64,000 nt of DNA from contig PKTK01000012.1 in the NCBI GenBank assembly GCA_002869165.1, positions 7,275 through 71,274 of the forward strand, written 5' to 3'. The DNA comes from Candidatus Parcubacteria bacterium (GTDB lineage: Bacteria > Patescibacteriota > Patescibacteriia > Patescibacteriales > UBA12075). This document shows, one piece after another, positions 44,228 to 52,636 of this stretch. The position numbers and the translations under genes were made by a program. How positions within the stretch are numbered: position 1 is the stretch's first letter; each line of letters opens with the position of its first letter. The notes beneath the pieces were generated by a model. It was not told the origin of the DNA. It worked only from the letters and a program-made list of their open reading frames with translations, and made no database searches.

Positions 44228-47191
44228 TTGCCAAAATTAGCAAAGAAAAATAAAAATATGTTAAAAAATTATCTTCATAGCTTGACCACAATACTAGGTA
44301 TAACTATTGTGGTTTTTTTGTTGTCTATAAGTGTTAGACAAATACTGGCGGTAGACACAAGTACTACCAAAATAAGTTTAGGTTTTAATCAAGAATCAGC
44401 TACAAATTCCAATTTATTATCTGCTACAAGTGATGTTTATGCATTAATAGACGAAAGTTTAATTGCAAACACTGATATTAATGAAGTAATTCTTTATGTT
44501 GTTCCAGAAAATGGTGTCTATGTAACATATAACATGAATAAAAGCGATAATCCTTTGAAATACGTTGTTAGCTTAGATACTACCATCTTTGAAGATAATT
44601 ACTACAAAATATATGCAATTGCTAAAATAGGGGATATTGACTATAAATCAGATGTTCAAAATATTGCCTTTGATAACACTGAGCTTAATTTTATCAATTT
44701 GTCCAACTACAACACAATTAAAGGACATTTTTTACTCGAGTCGACCAGTATTGGTTTAAACCAAATTGTAACGCTTGAAATAATGGATTTATATGAAAAT
44801 GTTGTATATACTATGGATTTATTTTTTAACTCAGATAGTAACACAAATTCTTACACGATATTAACAGAATATTACGACAATGGGTCATTTTATTTTAAAA
44901 TATCCGGTTACAGTACTTTTGATAAATACCACGAAAATACCATCCTTGTAAATATAAATAATTCTGAAATTACTAGCCATAATCTAACAATTACCTCAGA
45001 AGATATTATTGGTGGTGTTGTTGAATCTTCAAATATTACAGTTAACTTAAACATAGCACCTACTCTAAATCCAAATCATATTGATGTAAAATTTTTAGAT
45101 AATAATGGAATCACAAAAGATACAATTGTTTATGATAAAAATATCTCTGATTCAACTATTCTAAATCCTAGTGATGGTAATTTTATATTAGAAAATTATA
45201 ACATAAACCACTTAGACAATGGAGCTTACACCATTCAAGCTTATGCTGAATTTGATAATGAATCAATTAATAGCAATATCCTTATCTTTCAATTATCCAA
45301 TACTTCAACTGAAGTTACAGATGTAAACAATAGTGAGGAAACAAGTAGTACCAATACAGAAGAAACTATTAGCAATACAAACACAACAAATGATAGTGAA
45401 ATCACACAAACAACCGCCGAAGAAGAACCACAAATCATTCAAAGAAATTTAACTTTTATTAATAGTTCAAACTATATTGAAGGAAACGCAGATTTTTTTA
45501 TAGAAACAGATTTTCAAATACAAGAATTAAAATTTGTCCTGAAAAACAGACAAACACAAGAAACTACTCAGGGCAATGGCACGATTGTTTCAACTTATTC
45601 TGGTAAATACAGTTTTGTTGCTGACTCATTCCCTGAAGGTCAATATACTATTTATGCTTTGGTAACACCAGTCGATAGTACCATTGCTTTACAAAAAGAT
45701 TTTAACTTTGAATACGCTCTACCGGTAATTGAAGCCCCTATAGTAGAAGAGCCAGTTGATGTCACGCCCATAACAACACCGGACCCCGAACCAGAAACAA
45801 ATACAAAAATCACTAACAGCTATGTTCCTGAAACAGAGAATACACCCAAAGAAATTCAAACACCTATTGAAGAAAAAAATGAAACCATCACTCCCCAAAC
45901 AACTCCACAAACCACAGCCAAAGATGTAAGCTATGTTGAAAAAAGAGAACTGTGTGTCAAATTCGATATAACTAATAAATATAAATGTGACCGTTTGATG
46001 AATATGCCAGCAGTTTGTCAGGAAAAGGGAATTACATCTGTATCAGAATGTGAAATGCTTGAGTATCTTCCTCAAACATGTATTGATGCCGGTATTTTAG
46101 ATAGAAACGAATGCTCAAGTTTAATGGAAAAATTATCTTTACCAACAATATGTAAAGAAGCAAATATAGAATCTCAAGAAGAATGTTTTAATTATCAGAT
46201 TGCAAAAAGTTTGCCAAGTGAATGTGTAGAAAAAAATATTTATAATATAGGTGACTGCGAATCTTTACTCAACGAGCAGAGCAAAATCGAAGAACTTGAC
46301 GAAAAATGCATAAAGAACAACATCCTTGATGAAAAAGATTGTCAGGCTTTTATTCTTGGAATAAAACTTGATCCAATATGTATAGAAAATGGCATCATAG
46401 ATCTAAATGAATGTGATGCATTTTTGTTAACAAAATATAAAAAAGAAATTTGCTCAGAGATAAATGTTCTATCCTCTTCTCCCGCTTGTGAATCATATAT
46501 AAAAAATAAGTTTATAAACCAAGCTACCTGTGATACTGACAACTGGAATTGTCTTTTAATGATTCAAAATAACATCGGTCAAATAGCTAAAAAAGAATAT
46601 ACATACAAAAAATTGCTAGATATTTCCATGAGCGAAAATAACCACACTGATACGCTAAGCCTGAAAAATGCTTTAGAAGAAAATAAAGACGTCGTCTCTC
46701 TAACAAGTAATGAAATTGAAATAAGTTTTATTCAGGCTAAACCGGAGTTTAAGATTGAAGATGATATTGAAAAAACATCACCGGTAATTATCATTATAGA
46801 CTCAGATCAAGATGGTTTAAATGATGACTTAGAAAAAATAATTGGTACAAATATAAACTTAAAAGACACTGACCAAGACGGTTATGATGACTTTACTGAA
46901 TACAAAAGCGGTTATAATCCACTCGGGGCTGGAAAAATGAATGACTCAAGTAAAGTAAATATAATGACAGTGCTGGCTGATAAAAAAATCGAACATCCAA
47001 AAACAAATGGAGATATAAGTTCAAATATTATCTTTAATAATCCTAAAAATTCAGATCAAGAAGGAATTGTTCTTTCAGGTAAAGCTAATCCTAATCAAGA
47101 CTACCTACTCTATATTTATTCAGATCTACCTATTTTAACAACTGTTGAAACTGATGAATACGGTAACTGGAAGTACAACTTCAAAGAATAA
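44228..47191 (+). CDS. large secreted surface protein (Ig-like-repeat style N-half, Thr/Pro/Glu linker, Cys-pair repeats, Asp-rich Ca-binding motifs)
   Basis: 987 aa. N-terminal TM/signal peptide. About 8 repeats of P..C...GI.....EC. Contains DSDQDGLNDDLE..DTDQDGYDD. Ends at a TAA that is followed by 92 in-frame sense codons. Confidence 0.8.
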   Translation: MPKLAKKNKNMLKNYLHSLTTILGITIVVFLLSISVRQILAVDTSTTKISLGFNQESATNSNLLSATSDVYALIDESLIANTDINEVILYVVPENGVYVTYNMNKSDNPLKYVVSLDTTIFEDNYYKIYAIAKIGDIDYKSDVQNIAFDNTELNFINLSNYNTIKGHFLLESTSIGLNQIVTLEIMDLYENVVYTMDLFFNSDSNTNSYTILTEYYDNGSFYFKISGYSTFDKYHENTILVNINNSEITSHNLTITSEDIIGGVVESSNITVNLNIAPTLNPNHIDVKFLDNNGITKDTIVYDKNISDSTILNPSDGNFILENYNINHLDNGAYTIQAYAEFDNESINSNILIFQLSNTSTEVTDVNNSEETSSTNTEETISNTNTTNDSEITQTTAEEEPQIIQRNLTFINSSNYIEGNADFFIETDFQIQELKFVLKNRQTQETTQGNGTIVSTYSGKYSFVADSFPEGQYTIYALVTPVDSTIALQKDFNFEYALPVIEAPIVEEPVDVTPITTPDPEPETNTKITNSYVPETENTPKEIQTPIEEKNETITPQTTPQTTAKDVSYVEKRELCVKFDITNKYKCDRLMNMPAVCQEKGITSVSECEMLEYLPQTCIDAGILDRNECSSLMEKLSLPTICKEANIESQEECFNYQIAKSLPSECVEKNIYNIGDCESLLNEQSKIEELDEKCIKNNILDEKDCQAFILGIKLDPICIENGIIDLNECDAFLLTKYKKEICSEINVLSSSPACESYIKNKFINQATCDTDNWNCLLMIQNNIGQIAKKEYTYKKLLDISMSENNHTDTLSLKNALEENKDVVSLTSNEIEISFIQAKPEFKIEDDIEKTSPVIIIIDSDQDGLNDDLEKIIGTNINLKDTDQDGYDDFTEYKSGYNPLGAGKMNDSSKVNIMTVLADKKIEHPKTNGDISSNIIFNNPKNSDQEGIVLSGKANPNQDYLLYIYSDLPILTTVETDEYGNWKYNFKE

Positions 47192-47470
47192 ATTGTCGAT
47201 GGTAGACATGAAATTTATTTAACAGTCAACGATAACACTGGAAAGATACTAGAAAAAAGTTCAATACTAGAACTATTCATCAAAGAAGCCAAAGCTGTTT
47301 CAGCTGAAGACTTTGTAAATACTGCTTTACTTGATGACAAAGACGAATCTGATTCAATGATAATGATCTATATACTAACTGCTCTATTTGCAACCTTTGG
47401 CGCTATTCTTATATTTATTGCTTACTTCAAATTCCTCAAAAATACTAATAACACAAACAATGAGGTTTAA
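47192..47470 (+). other. in-frame continuation of the surface-protein gene beyond TAA 47189-47191, encoding an Ig-like strand pattern and a C-terminal TM anchor
   Basis: My translation is IVDGRHEIYLTVNDNTGKILEKSSILELFIKE...MIMIYILTALFATFGAILIFIAYFKFL..., with no stop for 92 codons in A+T-rich DNA. Confidence 0.55.
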
Positions 47471-48842
47471 AAACTACATAGATCAACACAGAGAAATAGC
47501 TCAAATTATTTATGGGGTGGTTTTAATTATTCTCATACCTCTTTTGATTAGTTATAATACAATTTCAATAATCTCTAAGTACAATCAAAGTATTGATGTA
47601 ACCTTGCAACGACAAGCCTTGAGTCTGGTTAACACTATCAATGCTTTAATAAGTGACGAGCTGAATGATCATGACAAACTACAAGATAAAATTGAAAATA
47701 TCAAAGAAAGAGATTCAGATATTATTGAAATTTCGGTTTTAATTCCCCAAGGTGATGATTTTATAATAATTGCTGCTGATAATCAAAATATTGTTGGAGA
47801 AAATATTAATTATTATTACTATAATGTAGCTTGGGCGCAAAAAAACTCCGATGCCTTAGTTACTGACTCGATTAAATTATCAAGACTTGATAAAAGCACA
47901 AGTTTTCAAACTGAAAACAACGAAAGATTTTGGTTGGTTACAAAAACTCTTACCAATGAAGATGGTAAAAAAATTGCCCTACTATCACTTAATATTTCTT
48001 CTGAAATTGTTGATCAGCTCACTGAGAGCAACCGCAACTCCTCCTTGCTTATTTTGTTTGCTACGATAATAATAACTATCCTGTTTTTAGTAATTGCTGT
48101 TAGGCTTTGGGATTATGTTCTGCTTTACAAAAAAATCAAAGAATTAGATAAAATGAAAAATGAATTCATTTCGATTGCTTCACACGAACTTCGAACTCCA
48201 ATTACTAGTATAAAAGGTTACAGTTCAATGGTATTAGATGGTACTATGGGAAAGATAAATGACGATGTTAAAAACGCAGCAAAAGTTATAAAAGACTCTT
48301 CAGTAAGACTTGGCACCCTGGTTGAGGATTTATTAAATGTGAGTCGTATAGAGCAAAATCGAATACAAATAAACCTTCAAGTAATTTCTCCAAAAAAAAT
48401 TATTGAAGAAGCTATAACAGAACTCAAAGTACAAGCCAAAAATAAAAATTTATCACTCAAATTTTTACCCCACAACAAAAAATTACCTTTATTAAACATT
48501 GATCCAGAAAAACTAAAACAAATTTTAATTAATTTGATTGGAAATTCCATTAAATACACTAACAAGGGCGGCATTGAAATAAAAACTCAAGAAAAAGAAA
48601 ACAAATTTTTAGAAATTATAATCAAAGATACAGGTATAGGCATGACCAGCAAAGAAAAGGAGAAGCTTTTTCAAAAATTCTATCGAGTAAAAAATGAAGA
48701 CACTGAAAAAATAACTGGCACAGGACTTGGACTGTGGATCACTAAAGAGCTAGTAGAGATGATGGATGGAAAAATTACATTAGACTCTATAAAAGACGTT
48801 GGTACACAAATAAACCTCATATTCAAAATTGAACAAATGTAA
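47460..48842 (+). CDS. sensor histidine kinase (no cognate response regulator in the window)
   Basis: HisKA H-box SIASHELRTPITSIKGY. HATPase N and G boxes (NLIGNSIKYT, DTGIGM, GTGLGLWI). The start at MRFKNY overlaps the end of the preceding frame. Confidence 0.85.
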   Translation: MRFKNYIDQHREIAQIIYGVVLIILIPLLISYNTISIISKYNQSIDVTLQRQALSLVNTINALISDELNDHDKLQDKIENIKERDSDIIEISVLIPQGDDFIIIAADNQNIVGENINYYYYNVAWAQKNSDALVTDSIKLSRLDKSTSFQTENNERFWLVTKTLTNEDGKKIALLSLNISSEIVDQLTESNRNSSLLILFATIIITILFLVIAVRLWDYVLLYKKIKELDKMKNEFISIASHELRTPITSIKGYSSMVLDGTMGKINDDVKNAAKVIKDSSVRLGTLVEDLLNVSRIEQNRIQINLQVISPKKIIEEAITELKVQAKNKNLSLKFLPHNKKLPLLNIDPEKLKQILINLIGNSIKYTNKGGIEIKTQEKENKFLEIIIKDTGIGMTSKEKEKLFQKFYRVKNEDTEKITGTGLGLWITKELVEMMDGKITLDSIKDVGTQINLIFKIEQM

Positions 48843-48885
48843 CTATAAAAGGAGATTTTTGAAAATCTCCTTTTTTTCATTTTTT

Positions 48886-49164
48886 TCATAATTCTCCAAT
48901 ACTCCAACCTGGTATTGTTTTATTTAAATACTCTCCAAACAATGGCCGGATATCTCCTTTTACAAGTTCAACCAAATTTCTCTCTCTATCCAGTATAAGC
49001 ATACTGTCATTTACAGTTTCAAGCCAAGGATCATCTGCTTCCTTTTTTGCCTCTTCTTTGGCTAAAAACAAATTGTTAGAAAAACTTGAAAGAACTAAAT
49101 ACAAATGCTTGTCTTTTTTTTGAAAACACAAAGTTTCAAATCTTTTATTTCTATTTTTATACAT
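48886..49164 (-). CDS. hypothetical protein
   Basis: 92-aa ORF with a GGAGG RBS. Confidence 0.5.
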   Translation of the reverse strand: MYKNRNKRFETLCFQKKDKHLYLVLSSFSNNLFLAKEEAKKEADDPWLETVNDSMLILDRERNLVELVKGDIRPLFGEYLNKTIPGWSIGEL

Positions 49165-49306
49165 ATTCTACCTCCAGTTTATTTATATTAGTATTTGTCT
49201 TTTCATTTTTTTGTATTTAAACTAACATTATCACAAAATAATTAAATATTTATTAGACTATTTAACTTGATTTGTTGTATTAACTAGAATATAATATAAT
49301 TTATAT

Positions 49307-50488
49307 ATGAATAAATTTCTAATATTTTCAATTCGAGTCGGGGCATTTCTAGTGCTTTGTTTTTTTATTCTTCAAACACTTGCTTTTTTTGGAGTAAAAT
49401 ATGAGCTAACAAAAGTTTTGGGTGAAATTGATGACAACTCTGCAGAATACAATAAGATTGCAAAAGAAAATGCCAAATTAATTGAAGATAACTACAAATT
49501 GATTAAAAATTCAAGAAATTTAAACACTTTTTAAACAACAACGAAAAACAAGTTTGCTTTACCAAAAAATATTTCTATTTATGGGCCAAGAGCAGATGAA
49601 AACTGGTGTAAAATAAAAGTTGCTAGCCAGTATAATGACTTTACAACCAATTCAATCTTCAAAGCCTATCGAGATTCAAAATCAGAAATACTTCTAAACA
49701 ATATGTTGCTTGCTTTGGAATTGCGACATCCAAACAAAGATGAATTTTCCAATGATTTGCTTACCTGTCAAAATACCACCGAAAGTTTTGTTCCTGAGGA
49801 TTTGGAAGAATTATTTTTTGAAATAAATGATAAAAATCTATATTCATGGCAAAATGGCGAACCATGGCAGATAATTTCCAAGGCAATAAAGAAGGACAAA
49901 GATCTTATTTACAAAACTTCTGAACTGAGCGGAGTTCAGCCAAGACTTTTAGTTTCTGTTGCTATTGTTGAACAACTTAGATTGTACTACACTCAACGAG
50001 AACTTTTTGAAAAAGTCTTTAAGCCTTTAGAAATATTGGCTAATGCCAATAAAATGGCCTGGGGGATAATGGCTATCAAAGAACGAATGGCTATTGAAAC
50101 CGAAGACCATCTTCATGATATTAATTCTGATTTTTATTTAGGTTCTTCAACCGAAGCATTACTTGACTATAAGGAGGGAGATGATAAAGGAAGAATCCGT
50201 TATAATCGCTTGACTGATAATAGTTCGCATTATTGGTCTTATCTTTATGGCTCTTTGATTATTGCCCAACTTGAGAATCAATGGGAAAAAGCTGGATATT
50301 CTATCAAGTATAGACCTGAGATTATTGCCACCTTATTTAACATAGGATTTTCAAAATCCAAACCAAAAGACAATCCACAAGTCGGGGGCTCAACTCTTCA
50401 AATAGAAGGAGATAAATATTTTTTCGGATCACTGGCCTTTGAATTTTACTATTCTGGAGCTTTAATAGACGAATTTCCTTTTGAATAG
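49307..50488 (+). pseudogene. membrane-anchored protein with a single in-frame TAA (49532-49534); alternatively two genes, 49307-49534 and 49703-50488
   Basis: Both ORFs are in the same frame. 56 stop-free codons link the TAA to the first Met of the downstream ORF. There is no RBS or alternative start in between. Confidence 0.5.
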
Positions 50489-50636
50489 ACAATACTACTA
50501 TGTAAAATATATCAATTACACCCTATTTATAAAAATACAAAAAATTTAAATTCATTGCTTTGACAAAATAAAATAAATAACATATAATATTCAAAGTAAT
50601 ACCTCTTTAGACAGGTATTTATTTTTTTCAAATCTA

Positions 50637-50720
50637 GCCCAGGTGGTGGAATTGGTAGACACGAGGGACTTAAAATCCCTTGGCCGCAAGGCTGTGCGAG
50701 TTCGATTCTCGCCCTGGGCA
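50637..50720 (+). tRNA. tRNA-Leu (anticodon UAA), long variable arm, CCA not encoded
   Basis: GCCCAGGTGGTGGAATTGGTAGACACGAGGGACTTAAAATCCCTTGGCCGCAAGGCTGTGCGAGTTCGATTCTCGCCCTGGGCA. Confidence 0.9.
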
Positions 50721-50901
50721 CAAAAAGGAGAAAACTGAAAAGTTTTCTTTTTTTGTGAAGCCAGGGTGGAAGCGAACTCGCATATGAAGTGCAAAGACTT
50801 CCATTAAAAAAAGGCTCATAAAAAAATAATATTAAAATTGAAAACAAAAAAAATTCTTGAGGGGGTGCCCTTTTCAGGGCTTCGATTCTAGCCCTGGGCA
50901 C
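50721..50901 (+). mobile_element. cargo-less mini-insertion at the tRNA-Leu 3' end (element A)
   Basis: 50881-50901 repeats 50701-50721 (20/21), offset 180 bp. TTGAGGGGGTG 50857-50867 and hairpin GCCCT-TTTC-AGGGC 50867-50880 abut the ghost copy. Terminators at 50729-50755 and 50909-50928. Confidence 0.5.
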
Positions 50902-50960
50902 ATAAATACCTTCTTTTGAAGGGTTTTTACATAAATGTTCTTATAAAAAGGAGAGGAATA

Positions 50961-51719
50961 ATGGGATGGGTTTTAGCTTTGAGGACACATGTTTCATTTG
51001 TTTGTTTGCTAATAACTATAGCAAGTTTCAAGTTAAACGGCTGGGATGAGAGTGTGTGGCTATGTTCATTTTTTGTATTTCTATCTTGTTCATCATCCAT
51101 GCTTTATAATGACTGGATTGACCGAGATCATGACAAAAGAAAAGGCAAATATTTCACATCAGAAAAAGAAAAATATTTTTTCTGTTATGTTGTTATTTTC
51201 TACCTTGCACAAATTGCTTATTGTGTCTATCTGTTCAAGATAAACAATTTTTATGGCATCATCGGTTTATGCATGATGATACTAGGAGTCTTATACAACT
51301 ATGTAAGAAACTTTGACTTACTTTCAAACCTAATTGTTTCCTTATCATTTGCCTTAACTTGTTTGTTTGCTATTACAAATAGTTATACACTTGAAGGGAT
51401 TGTTTGGATGGTATTTATTTTTTTAACTGCTTACGCTCGGGAAATAATTAAAGACTTAATTGATATGGGAATAGACAAGGGCTACAAAAGATCAATGGCT
51501 CTTAGATTTGGAACCAAGACTACTTCAATTTCTGCTGCTTATATTTTGGTTTGGTCAATGATATTGCTTTTTTTTATCGGAAAAATTGCCTTAGCTTACA
51601 GTGTGCCAGTTTTTATTTATGTTATTTATCTAGCTACCAAAAATGTTCACTATAGACAATCAAAACACTCTATAGATCTGGCTCTTTTTATTTGTTCTTT
51701 GGCAATTATCCTTACCTAA
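50961..51719 (+). CDS. UbiA-family prenyltransferase
   Basis: NDWIDRDHDKRKG (NDxxDxxxD) motif, about 8 TM helices, AGGAGAGG RBS before the internal Met. Confidence 0.7.
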   Translation: MGWVLALRTHVSFVCLLITIASFKLNGWDESVWLCSFFVFLSCSSSMLYNDWIDRDHDKRKGKYFTSEKEKYFFCYVVIFYLAQIAYCVYLFKINNFYGIIGLCMMILGVLYNYVRNFDLLSNLIVSLSFALTCLFAITNSYTLEGIVWMVFIFLTAYAREIIKDLIDMGIDKGYKRSMALRFGTKTTSISAAYILVWSMILLFFIGKIALAYSVPVFIYVIYLATKNVHYRQSKHSIDLALFICSLAIILT

Positions 51720-51737
51720 ATTATAAAACCGCTGATT

Positions 51738-51932
51738 TTAATCAGCGGTTTTTTTGTTTAATTTATTGAAAAAAGATCGGTTCATTCTAGAAATGCGCTC
51801 AAGATTTGGATCATGCCTTTTTACTTGAGAATGAAATTCTTCAATACTTGACCTACCCTGCCTTCTCATCTTTTCTCTATGATTATAAAGATCGCTTACA
51901 CCTGAGTCAATAAAAAAATACTGTTTTGGCAT
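51738..51932 (-). CDS. hypothetical small basic protein
   Basis: 64-aa ORF with a GGAGGA RBS. Confidence 0.45.
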   Translation of the reverse strand: MPKQYFFIDSGVSDLYNHREKMRRQGRSSIEEFHSQVKRHDPNLERISRMNRSFFNKLNKKTAD

Positions 51933-51982
51933 TTTATCCTCCTTTTTTTATTTATCTTAAAACAAATTAATAAAAAATCAAC

Positions 51983-52513
51983 TTAGGTCCATTTTTCAAG
52001 TAGCTCATCATTTATCTTTTTTATTTCATCACTTTCCAAGTCTCTATCCCCGTCTTCACTTTCTTTGTTTGTTTTTCTATCCAAAATATCTAGAAATATA
52101 TCATTCTTTATTATTTTGACCCTAACCCCTTCCTCTCTCACTTTCTCTATCTTATTCGTTAAATCAATGTCATCACTTACAAATGTTAAACCTTCTTTGT
52201 CTAATAATTCAAACAGTGATTTGTTTATTTTGATGTCTTGATCTTTTATAAAGTCCTCCCACTCTCTTGTAATTTCTATAATTTTGTCATCAGCATTGTT
52301 ATAATATTCATCTCTTGGAGTATAAATTGAAATTATTTCTCCATCAATCCGCTTATCTCCCATCTTTTCTAAACTATCGAACACCAAAATAATTTTCTTC
52401 TGCTTGTCTCCTAACCACTTGCTGATTTTCTCAACTAAAAGCATATCAAAATCTTCTTCATCCAAGATTCCAATTTTACCTGCTAAATTATTGGCATCAA
52501 TTAAATAGTTCAT
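51983..52513 (-). CDS. YacP-like NYN/PIN-type nuclease-domain protein (tentative)
   Basis: MNYLIDANNLAGK......ILVFD pattern typical of NYN_YacP. Confidence 0.5.
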   Translation of the reverse strand: MNYLIDANNLAGKIGILDEEDFDMLLVEKISKWLGDKQKKIILVFDSLEKMGDKRIDGEIISIYTPRDEYYNNADDKIIEITREWEDFIKDQDIKINKSLFELLDKEGLTFVSDDIDLTNKIEKVREEGVRVKIIKNDIFLDILDRKTNKESEDGDRDLESDEIKKINDELLEKWT

Positions 52514-52522
52514 TTACTTAAA

Positions 52523-52620
52523 GGCTACGAAAATACAAATCGGTACGAATTTACAAATAATTTTAACACGTTCGTGATGAACCAATTCGTAAATTCGTAC
52601 CGATTTGTATTTTCGTAGCC
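52523..52620 (-). terminator. 32-bp perfect-stem hairpin downstream of tig
   Basis: GGCTACGAAAATACAAATCGGTACGAATTTAC 52523-52554 pairs with its exact complement at 52589-52620. Confidence 0.6.
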
Positions 52621-52636
52621 TGTATTTTATTTTCTA

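Noticed and set aside
47388-47459. N-terminal extension of the histidine-kinase ORF
   Set aside because: This region is the TM-anchor tail of the preceding surface-protein frame. The kinase starts at MRFKNY (47460).
47460-48842. Histidine kinase as part of a two-component operon with neighbours
   Set aside because: No response-regulator receiver domain (D-D-K pattern) was found in adjacent ORFs, so it is treated as an orphan kinase.
50527-50901. 124-aa and 67-aa minus-strand ORFs
   Set aside because: They lie antisense across tRNA-Leu, its terminator and the ghost tRNA fragment. There is no RBS and the sequence is low-complexity.
50755-50901. Possible second, intron-containing tRNA-Leu gene (GCCAGGGTGG... 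to ...TTCGATTCTAGCCCTGGGCA)
   Set aside because: The T-stem cannot form (AGGGC versus CTAGC). The acceptor arms are mismatched, and no D-arm or anticodon arm can be drawn. It is better explained as the displaced 3' fragment of the tRNA plus element sequence.
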